DNA from: Octopus sinensis
Taxonomy: Eukaryota
Assembly (NCBI RefSeq): GCF_006345805.1
Contig: NC_043009.1
Span: 54,870,001 to 54,934,000 of the forward strand
DNA length: 64,000 nt
Direction of reading: 5' to 3'
Shown here: positions 53,507 to 64,000 of the stretch, piece after piece
How positions within the stretch are numbered: position 1 is the first letter of the stretch
How the letters are laid out: each line of letters begins with the position of its first letter
Position numbers and translations under genes: made by a program
Notes under the pieces: model-generated
Database searches by the model: none
Seen by the model: only the letters and a program-made list of their open reading frames with translations
Told to the model about the DNA's origin: nothing

Positions 53507-53507
<1 letters not shown>
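53103..53507 (-). mobile_element. SINE family A, full length
   Basis: tactctttttacttgtttcagtcatttgactgtggcc ... acttaacacacagcc. Confidence 0.88.
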
Positions 53508-53540
<33 letters not shown>

Positions 53541-54150
53541 AACATATCCAGGATGTTAAATCTATCACTTTCCATGGATCTAATTCATATCAAGCAGAAT
53601 TTACCAATGAAAATTCATCAACCACCACCACTGCACCTAGCACATCAAACAACACCTCCACCATTAACACCCACAACTACCAACACTTCCACCAGCTAAT
53701 GAAAGAGCCTATATGCAGTTGCTTGACCTGCTACAAACAAGAACCAAGTCACCTTCAAATCACACGTTATCATTTTTTTCTTAAAAAAGAATACAATGAG
53801 TAATGTGATTAAAGAAAAAGGAAAAAAGAAAAGAGAAAATGATGGGATGATCATGGCTGGATTGCCTTTGATCACTGGACTGTTCTGAGGTTAAATAACA
53901 TCAACAATGACTATCATAACCATCTGTCCAGTAACACTACCACCAATAGCACCCCACATCAACAACAACAACAATTATTACATGTGAGCCAACAAGGAAC
54001 TTCTACATGTTTATTGAACCTATTAGAAACCGCAGCCAAATTTCCCTCATATCAAACTCTACCATCAAGGACACATGAGATAATGCAGTCCTAGTTTGTC
54101 CTATATGTAGTCCTGGACAGTTCTAAATAGGAAGGATATTTAGTCAAGAT

Positions 54151-54182
<32 letters not shown>

Positions 54183-56437
54183 TGGGGTGGCGATAGAGTG
54201 TTTGTAATCATTGATTTGCTTGCTCAATCAAACTGACCCGGGGCTCATCAACCTTTACTAAGTCTCTTCAATATTGTATCACTGTAACAGACAGGTGAAT
54301 TGATAGATGAAAAGACAGGTAGGACAGACAGACAGGAATAGAGAGATAGGCAATCGCAAACGTATAAAGACATATCAAACAGATAGACAGAGACAGAGGG
54401 ACAGACGAACAGACAGACAAACACTGTGTTGATTTTATCAACAATGTTACCATATAAGGAAATGAAAGTGCTTCAACTAATTATAGGATACATAAGAGGG
54501 CAATTTTAAAGATCAATGCACATGAAGGGGCAAGAGATAGATGTCTTTATTAATTACAGGATATACATGGAGGTAGTAATTTGGCTGCCATTTCTAATTG
54601 GTTGAGCAACCAGATGCCTTTCTGGCTGACTTGTTAGTTAAGCTGTTGCGTAGGTGGTGATAATGGTGGTGGGAGTGGGTCTTGATGTTGGTGATGGGAG
54701 ACGGTGGTGTTGTCAGTGAGTGGTGATGGTGATGGTGATGAAGGTGGTGGTTGTGACGTTAGTGATTGATGGAGTGTTAGGTGAGTGTTGGTGATACTGA
54801 GTGTTGTTGTTGTTGTTGTTGGTGGTGGTGGCACAGCATTAGGTGTTGGTGATAGTATTGGCAGCAGTGTTGATGGTGTCAGCAACTGTGCTGGTTCTGT
54901 TGATGAGCGACTCTATAGGTATTGATGCTGAGTGGACTCAATCAAACTCACATTCAGCAGGTGTATGGCAAAACAAGAGTAACTAATCAATCACTATGGA
55001 ACAATCCAGAGACAGCTGTATTCTTTACTTAGTTCCAGTGACAATATTGTCACTGATCTTTAAGTTACTATTGATGGCTAGATACTGTTGTTGCTAATAA
55101 TGGTGCCATTATTGGCAGCCAGCCATTCTTGTTCTAAGTGATAGTGTTAGGGTTGGAAGCAATAGTGCTATTGCTGCTAGTAACGATGCAATGTTTCATA
55201 GCATTGTTGCTACTGATATTGTTGCTATCCAGATATCATTGTTGCTAGCAATGATGTTATTATTCATGACCAGTTGCCATCGTGGCAAGGGATGGTGCTA
55301 TTGTTTCTAGTCAGATGTTATCGTTGGTGGTAATGGAGTCAGTATTGTTGTTATCCAGTTATCTATCACTGTTGTGAGCGACGGTGTAATTGTTCATAAC
55401 TAGTTGCTCTTGTGACAAGGTATGGAGCTATTGTTTTTAGCCAGATGCACTTGTTGCTAGTGATGGTACTACTGAAAATACATACAGCAAACTGTCACTT
55501 GTACAGAATAATATTTATTGTCAGTTTTCTCAACACGTAAGCCCCACACGCTATTGTAAGTCCCACATGCTATTCCATTGATATATATTTATATGACATC
55601 TACATCAGTATTCGTCAGCAACAAATAACACTGGCAGAGCTGTTACTTCACTAAACAGTTCCTATAAACTATTTTCTGTTGAGACATGATTCCTTGAAAA
55701 GCCTTCACCAAGGTCCCACACACACACATAGGACCAAAGGGAAAATAATATCGTTCATTCAACAATGAAAGAGATGAAATGAAGATTAAACAAAAAAAGA
55801 AAAGAAATAAGAAATAACACAATGTTGATGCAGTAATGAAAGACAAGTAACAGAGAACAGAAAAGTTATTTATTTTGGATTTAGTTATCAGCTGAACAAA
55901 CTACATGAAAATGAAAATACACTGATGAATATTTTAATGTGTCAAAACATCAGAAGGTCTTATTCGTTTTTATTTTTTCTAATCACAGGGAATTTCTTTT
56001 TAATACTTCATTACAATAAAAATCCCTTTCTTTATATAGTGATAGTTTAGTAGATAGGGTTGGAAATAAATTTGGAGCTTTGTTATCACTGACAATGATA
56101 AAAGATTTCGCACTCCATATAAAAGCAGATTTTATGAAAAATATAAAAAAACAGAAAATATGTGTTTCCTTTTTTTAAGCTTATCAGGGAAATGTGGATG
56201 CAGCATAGCTAAATAGCTCAGAAGTTTGCTTCGCAATCACAAGGTCCTGGATTCAATCCCACATAAGTCACTTGAGCAAATAACTTTTACCATTACCTTG
56301 GATTGATCCAAGCCTAATGAGTAAAACTGGGTAGATGGAAACTGTGCAGAGGCTTGCCTGAAGGATTTCACCTGTTAATTCAAAGGTACATCCTTGTCAT
56401 ACACTGTAGCATGTTGATTATGCTTCAGATTATGCCT

Positions 56438-56487
<50 letters not shown>

Positions 56488-56661
56488 ATGAATTTCTATA
56501 GTTTTCATCTATTACATTACATTCCCATGGCATTGGTAAACTCACTGAGTCACTGTACAGTGAGATAGATACCAGAACCACAGATCACAAAGCAAGCTTT
56601 TAATTAAACGGTCTTGCCTATGTCCAAAAAGACAAGGATGATTTTAGTTTTGGCTTGAATC

Positions 56662-56930
56662 ATCATCATCATCATCTAACGTCCACTTATGCAGAGTTTA
56701 ACCACCTCCTGTACCTACACCGTAGAACCATGATGGCATTTGATGTGGCTTTTTAATCCAGACAATGTTTTGAAAAGACACCCACATAGATTGCATATCC
56801 ATTTTAGACCACCAAGAGCTGCAGATAAGTTCTGATTTTTGTGGATCTTAAAATGTCTTTTGAGGCTTCTGTTAGATTTGCAAACCTTCTGGCATACATT
56901 GCATTGAAAGGTGAGCACAGACATATATAT
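56662..56930 (-). mobile_element. Two C2H2 zinc fingers in an intact 69-aa frame followed by a (GAT)n retroposon tail; probable 5'-truncated LINE 3' end
   Basis: ORF 56715..56924: FQCNVCQKVCKSNRSLKRHFKIH and WICNLCGCLFKTLSGLKSHIKCH, both C-x2-C-x12-H-x3-H. Stop is followed after about 38 nt by gtggacgttagatgatgatgatgatg. Confidence 0.7.
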
Positions 56931-58339
56931 GTAAGTGTGGGCTTCTTTCAGTTTCCATCAACCAAATCTGCTTACAAGGCAATGGTTGTTCCAGGGCTAT
57001 AGTAAAAGACAGTGGGACTAAGCCTGAAAGCAAATTTCATACCACACAGTCATATCTGTCCATATTGTGTGGTAAAAAAATATGAAAGAGAAAATTTGCA
57101 TTAGAGTGGTTTGAAGATTTTGAATAAACAGCAAAGATGCATTGCCCTATAGTCGAACAGTGAGGATGATAGCTAACCAGTTTAGTATTAATTCAAAAGG
57201 TATTTTAAATGGCTGTTTATAATGTGATCTCAGAATTGATAATTGAAGCATTTGAATTAATATTTGGCAATTTGGGGGTGACTATAAATGAGATTGGTTA
57301 AAAGGAAATGTGCTGAGGTCTATGCATTATAAAAAAAAAATGCATAGCTATGATGTGGAGATTGCATTTAAGGTCATCTGCATCTAGGACTGGAAGTTAC
57401 TAATATTTAAATGAGGGGAAGAGATGAAAGATAGGGGGTGGGAGGGAGGAAGAGACATGAGGATAAGAAAGAAAACAGTGAAAATGAGGGGAGAGAGAGA
57501 GAGAAAGAAATTGATTGTGAAAGAAGAGAAAGTGAAGGGGAAAAGGGAAAGAGAGAGAGGGAGAGAGAGAGATGTTGTGAAGGACGAAAGGGAAAGTGAA
57601 GGGAAAGAGAGAGAGAGAGAGAGGGAGTGACTGAGAGAGATGAAAAGTAAGAGAGGAAGATAGAAAGAATAAAAGATAGAAGTAAAGATCAAACTATGGC
57701 TAATAATAGAGCTCTCCATCATGGAAATATGGACTTTGAACTTACACAATGCTACACTTATAACAGAGATATTCAGCGTTCCAGGAAAAAGAGCTGAACC
57801 ATTCAGAAGAGTTTGTATATCGCCAAAAGATTAATTCTGACAAAAGCAAGCCATATTAACAAGCACTAGAGCAGAAAGATGAATTATGACCGAGAGAAAA
57901 GACCTCCCCAAATTAATAGCAACAGCAGGAGAGAACAGAGACTTCATCAAGCAGGCTGTTACACCTGGTTAATTATTAATTAATTATACTGCACATGTAA
58001 TACTAAATTTACTGCCTTAGTACATCCAGGACTAATTATTGTAGTTGTGCACAAGTTTTATTGGTTTGGTAATAGAAGGCTAAACCTGCAATTTAGCAAT
58101 GTAAACTGCTTATTTCAAAGTGACAGGGCAGTGGACAGTAACTCAGCTGAGTACCAGGTAAAATGTCTTGTGGCATTTAGTGTCATCTCTTTACATTCTA
58201 AGTTCAAATTCTGCTAAGGTCTTATTTGACTTTCATCTTTCCAGGTTTGATAAAATATAGACATTAGCTCCATCAAAATAATTGTATCCCAACACAAAAT
58301 TTGTGGCTGATTTTAAAAGTAACCTTTAAAGAGGTTGTA

Positions 58340-58860
58340 TGTTGAGTGAGTGATTCAAATGCTGAACAACAAAGAGATGAAAAGAAGATCCAAGTCCCAC
58401 CACAAGAAGCAGCCCTTGTTGCAATGTGGTAGCCTATGTGACTTAATGATCCTGAAAGCTATGCCAGCAGAGTGCAAGCCCCTGTTAAAGGCTCCCTTGC
58501 TAGGCAAATCAAAAGATAGAGGCCAGAATAATATGAATCACCTCTTCCCAGAAGAAAAAATAGTTTTGTGTAGGGCCAACAGCCCTACTTAAACAAAGTA
58601 GAAAAAAAACAAAGCAAAGTTACAAGAAGCATCAATGAAATTTCAAAGCCAACAAGATCTGGCCGAAGACCTTCCTTTGGGGAAACATATGGCACAATGC
58701 AACAGAATCTGAAAGGAAACTGCAAGGCTGAAAGAAGCAGGATTCCAACAGGAAAGCAGTGGAAAAGATGGCCCAGAGTCAAGAACAGAGGAAAATAGTC
58801 ATTGAAGGCCATTGTACTATAGAGAGAGAAAAGGGTTCAAATAAGTAAGTATGCTCTGAA
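58340..58860 (+). mobile_element. Degenerate RTE LINE 3' remnant(s)
   Basis: Broken motifs resembling W.PEG...RGRP and VEKMAQ.R..W..VIEGLC; ends aataagtaagta. Confidence 0.45.
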
Positions 58861-59128
58861 CTCCTATTAAAGCAGTCAATTGACAGAATTGTTAGAGCAT
58901 AAGATGAAATACCTTGCAGCAAGTATTCAGTTAACTGGCCCTTGGGGTTCACAATTCAAATCCTGCTGAAGCTGACTTTGCTTTCTCAGGCTCCTGGTGT
59001 TGATAAACTGAGTACATGCAGCTCCTTTCCTGTAGTTTGTGCATGCACACACACAAGCACACACAAATTTAATCCATGCTAGTATGGAAAAAAAAATGTG
59101 AAAAGAAAATGATATATATATATATATA

Positions 59129-59534
59129 TAGGCATAGAAGTGGCTGAGTGGTAAGTAGCTTGCTTATGAACCACATGGTTCCGGGTTCAGTCCCACTATG
59201 TGGTATCTTGGGCAAGTGTCTTCTACTATAGCCTTGGGCTGACCAAAGCCTTGTGAGTGGATTTGGTAGACGGAAACTGGAAGAAGTCTGTTGTATATAT
59301 GTGTGTATATATATATGTATGTGTGTATATGTTTGTATGCTTGTGTTTGTCCACCCCAACATTGCTTGACAACCGATGCTGGTGTGTTTACATCCTCATA
59401 ACTTAGCGGTTCAGCAAAAGAGACCAATAGAATAAGTACTAGACTTACAAAGCATAAGTCCTGAGGTTGATGGCTCGACTAAAGGCAGTGCTCCAGCATG
59501 GCCACAGTCAAATGACTGAAACAAGTAAAAGAGT
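59129..59534 (+). mobile_element. SINE family A, full length
   Basis: ggcatagaagtggctgagtggtaagtagcttgctt...ccgggttcagtcccact ... tgactgaaacaagtaaaagagta. Confidence 0.9.
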
Positions 59535-60197
59535 ATTGTTTCATCTTTCACTTTTGAAGTTGACAAAGACTTCCTCCTCATAGCTACCAACATCACTTCC
59601 TAAAGAGTATCAAATACTGGAGATCACAATTATAGAAGTAACAGTGCCACCCTGTACTGTATTACCTTGTTACCCAATTTCATGTTATCCTCCTACATAC
59701 TTAGAGACCTTACCTTACAAACAAGAAAACTAAATTATTGTTTAGCTAAATAGTAATAACAAGACATGAGTCAATGAGCTTCCCAGGTGATATTTCAATA
59801 CACTTCTGACTTAGTGAGTAGTAGTACTTTCAAATGAATGTACAAATGAGAGTAGCAAAGTAGTACTTTACCCTTGCTTGTTAAACCTTACATGACAGAC
59901 ACCACCAATTCATATTTCAAAACTTTTATGTGGATACAGCTATCATCAAAGGAAAGTGAATATTTTACAGCACTTTTCAGTAATGAGATTGAAAATTTTA
60001 TTGTGTGAGTTTAACAAATATTAGAGTTTAATATTTAAAACGAAAATACATATAAATATTACTCTTAAAAAAAAGAAGAATCTTTGTTTTTTGCTTGTTT
60101 GGCATACATATTCATGCAACCATCTCCCATCGTGTTTTGTATGTGTGTGTGTACATGTGTGTGTATACATATATGTATATACACATATATGTGTGTG

Positions 60198-60232
<35 letters not shown>

Positions 60233-60589
60233 GTATATACACACACACATATATACACATACACGTATACATATATGAAGGCACATGGCTTAGTGGTTCA
60301 GGTGTTGCACTCACAATTGCAAGGTTGTGGTTTTGATTCCCAGATTGGACATTGCATTGTGTTCTTGAGCAAAACACTTCATTTCACATTGCTCTGCGAT
60401 CATTTTGCCATCTGACATGTGGCACACAGTGCACCTGTACAGGTAATGTTGATTTCATGGAGGGAGTGAGCTTATGTGAACACAAACATTTGATCAGCAT
60501 AAACAAATCATCTGTGTGTTTGTTCAGCAAGATATTGCCAAACCCTCATATGTCATCTAAAGATGGGAGAGTCCATGATATTTACACAC

Positions 60590-60862
60590 ACACATATATA
60601 TATATATATAATACATACATACACACAAATATATACACACATATATATACACATACATACATATATATATATATACACACACATACATACATGCATATAT
60701 ACACTTACATATATATATATATACACACACATACATATATATACACACACACATACATATATATACACACACACATACATATATATACACACACACATAC
60801 ATATATATACACACACACATACATATATATACACACACATACATATATATACACATATATAC

Positions 60863-60893
<31 letters not shown>

Positions 60894-60932
60894 ATATATA
60901 TATATATATATACATACATACACACACACAAA

Positions 60933-60970
<38 letters not shown>
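60590..60970. repeat. Compound (TA)/(CA)/(TACA) microsatellite
   Basis: Directly visible. Confidence 0.95.
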
Positions 60971-61184
60971 AACATGTGAGTGTGTGGCTTCAAATTCTGG
61001 CACAACATCAGCAACTTTAAAGGAGTGGATAAGTCGATTAGATCAACTCCAATGCTCAACTGGTACTTTTTATATTGAGCCCAAATGGATGAAAAATGAA
61101 GCTGAAATCAGTGGAATGTAAAGAGCTGGAAGAATACTACTATGCATTTTGTCCAATTATGATATGTGTGTGCGTGTGTATGTA

Positions 61185-61218
<34 letters not shown>

Positions 61219-62437
61219 ATATATATATATATATTATATATATATATATATACACACACACACAATTATATGTGCACATGATATTTTCTTGAGTCTATCA
61301 TTATGTATCCCACTCTTTACAGCAGGATTCCCATCATTCTGCATAGTGAAGCATACAAAGAGCAAAAGCTAAGGTTCTTGTTGTGATGTAGAGAGATGCT
61401 TATTTTCCTGCAGGTGGTAACCATGTAAATTTCAGGAAAAAACCATTACATTCAAACTCACCACTACCACCAACAACAACAATAACACCATCAAAACCAA
61501 TACCAGATTGCCCATTTAGTTGGGTGTTGGCTAGTTCCTCTTGGTCATTATACATTTACATTAGATGTAACATTTACATCAGTGGAGCTCAACTTTCTAT
61601 CGGGTTGATCTCAGCAACTACCATGCTGGCTTATTTGACCAACATCTGCCCATGTCCTCCAAAACACCTCTCTACTAAATTACATCTATTAATATATATA
61701 ATGATGGTGCCATGGTGAATGATGGTCCTTTGAACCATCCAAACACAAAATACAAAATATCAAATGCAGGTTGGAGTTTTAAACCCCTATCTACTTTCCA
61801 GCCACTTCCACCAGCTGTCATCTGCAATAACAGTGTAAGGGAAACCTCAGGAAATTTCACAAGTGTAATTCAAGAAGTTCCTTTCTTTGTTATTATGAAT
61901 AATCAATGAAAATCTGTATACTACAAACGTTTGCTAAGGATTATAAAACAGAATAAATCACATGCTGTGGTCAACTTGAAAGAACAAGACCACAGTGCTT
62001 TGGGTATTTATGGGTTGTTTGACCCACCATATGAGGACCTATTGATTGATCTGTCATCTCTTCTATCTTCAATCTTTTTACTTGTTTCAGTCTTGGTCTA
62101 CAACCATACTAGAGTATCATATCTTGAAGAATCTAGTTGAACAAATCAAACCCAAATACTTATTTTTTAAAGTCTGAAACTTATTCTGTCTTTCTTGCTG
62201 AACCACTGAGTTGCAAGGACATAAACTAACACCAGTAGTTAGGTGGTGGTAGGAGACAAACATAACACAAACACAGACACATACTTTCTTTTATATATAT
62301 ATATATATATAAAATAGAAAAACGAATGAAATGAAAATTAAGGAAAGCTTCTAATAATGCAGAAAGAAGCTTTCCATATTTCTCATTTCATTTATTTTTC
62401 TACTTCTGTACTACAATGCTTCAAGTGAACTACAACA

Positions 62438-62498
<61 letters not shown>

Positions 62499-62825
62499 CA
62501 GCAGCTTCCTTTCAGTTTCTGTCTATCAAACCCATTTGTAAGGCTTTGGTTGGCCCAAAGCTATTGTAAAAAGATACTTGCACAAAGTACCACACAGTGG
62601 TACTGAACCAAAGACCATGGTTGGGAAGCAAGTTTCTCAACCACACAGCAATGCTTGTGCCTATAATTTCAGTCAGTACTTTCCCAAATTGTTTCCAGAT
62701 GTTTGTTTTTCTATACATCACATATTGTGGGGGCTACAAACAATCACAGAATTATTATCTTCAAGAATGTGGTATAATGAATAAATGCACTGAAAATGTA
62801 AAGAAATATTTCTAGAAATATAGTT

Positions 62826-63215
62826 GCAGGCATCATGGCTGTGTGGTTAAAAAGCTCACTTTGCAATCACATGGTTTTGGTTTCAGTCCCACTGTGTGGC
62901 ACCTTGGGCAAGTGTCTTCTACTATAGCCGTCAGCCAAAACAATAACAATACATCAGGAATAAATTTGATAGATGGAAATTGCGTGAAAGCCCATCATGT
63001 GTGTGTGTGTGTGTGCGTGCGTGTGTATGCTTGTCTCCACCACCATAATCATTTAACAACTGGTGTTTGTTTTCATCACCATAACTTTGCAGTCTGGCAA
63101 AGAAGACTGATTGAATAAGTACCAGATTTAAAATTAGTACTAGAGCTGCTTTGTTCAACTAAAAACCTTTCAAGATGGTGCCCCAGCATGACCACAGTCC
63201 AATGATTGCAACAAG
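62826..63215 (+). mobile_element. SINE family A copy (older)
   Basis: catggctgtgtggttaaaaag...cagtcccactgtgtggcaccttgggcaagtg ... ccagcatgaccacagtccaatgattgcaacaag. Confidence 0.8.
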
Positions 63216-63844
63216 AAAAAAACAGAATCACCAATAAAATTTCTCACTTTAGTACATAACACATCAAAAGACAATAAAAAAAAAAAACTCCAGATTAATT
63301 CCAAGACGGAATAATGCAATTAGTAGAGAATTTCTAAACAGACCAAAGTCTTTGTTATATGAAGAAACAAATCATTAATAGACATTTCTTCATTAAATTA
63401 GTGGCAAATAATTGAGAAGACACAAAGAACAGAGATCTTTAAGAATCAATAACAGTTCATTAATTTTCTCTGATACAAGCTGGCAAGAAAAACTATGGAA
63501 ACAAATCCCAGGTGTGATGGAATGTTTATTGAAATAAATGCAAGGTATAATGGAAAGCTGATGAGAAAACAAAGCTCAGGCATATTACATAACATACGCT
63601 AGAGCAAATTAATGAAAACAGGTGTGGCTAAGGTGCAGGTGTGGTTTCGAGTTAAGAAGCTTGCTTCCCAACCACATGGTTCTGCATTCAATCTCGTTGT
63701 GTGGCACCTTGGCCAAGTGTCTTTGCTGACCAAAATATACTGAGTGGATCTGGTAGACAGAACCTGACAGAAGCTGGTATGTAGGTGTGTGTGCATGAGT
63801 TTGTGTCTCCTTGTCTTGATATTGCGTGCTTGAAAGAGCTGTTC

Positions 63845-64000
63845 TTCACTCCTGCTCCAGAGCGTCGGCTGCGGGGTCATTCCGAAAAGCTCTATCTGCA
63901 ACGATTTCATCTCAATCGAAGGAGAGGGGCTTTCTCCGTCCGGGTTGCAAATCCGTGGAATAAGCTGCCAGACGAGATGGTGAAGATGCCAACGACCGCT
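63845..64000 (+). mobile_element. CR1/L2-clade LINE ORF2 C-terminal fragment, runs off the window
   Basis: RLRGHSEKLYLQRFHLNRRRGAFSVRVANPWNKLPDEMVKMPTT matches the CR1 RGH..KL.......R..FFS.RV...WN.LP..VV motif; CpG-rich, so probably young. Confidence 0.85.

Noticed and set aside
59129-59200. tRNA genes at SINE heads
   Set aside because: Only box-like remnants within SINE bodies; no complete cloverleaf could be supported.
59660-59683. MKLGNK|gtaata as the short first MTMR exon
   Set aside because: No resemblance to MEHIRTTK-type starts, weak donor; expected by chance in 26 kb.

Overview
AT-rich, microsatellite- and retroposon-dense eukaryotic DNA. The repeat families and composition suggest an octopod cephalopod genome (inference). 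The only clearly recognisable host gene is a minus-strand myotubularin-related phosphatase of the MTMR6/7/8 class. Three consecutive coding exons are present (37982-38098, 15190-15352, 2733-2887). They have canonical AG/GT ends, splice in frame, and encode the PH-GRAM region plus the following segment. The introns between them are 22.6 kb and 12.3 kb. The short first coding exon was not found, and the catalytic exons lie left of the window. The rest is intronic: two abundant tRNA-type SINE families, RTE-tailed elements, RTE/Tx1/CR1 LINE fragments, TTAA and TA MITEs, a Helitron next to a Helentron-type element, a 19-bp minisatellite, a 1083-bp tandem duplication and many microsatellites. Most listed ORFs are low-complexity artefacts. 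The most interesting leads are two codons where single A-to-I edits would restore family-conserved residues (Tyr>Cys, Asp>Gly), several long foldback structures in the pre-mRNA, and an intact twin C2H2 finger ORF that ends in a retroposon tail.
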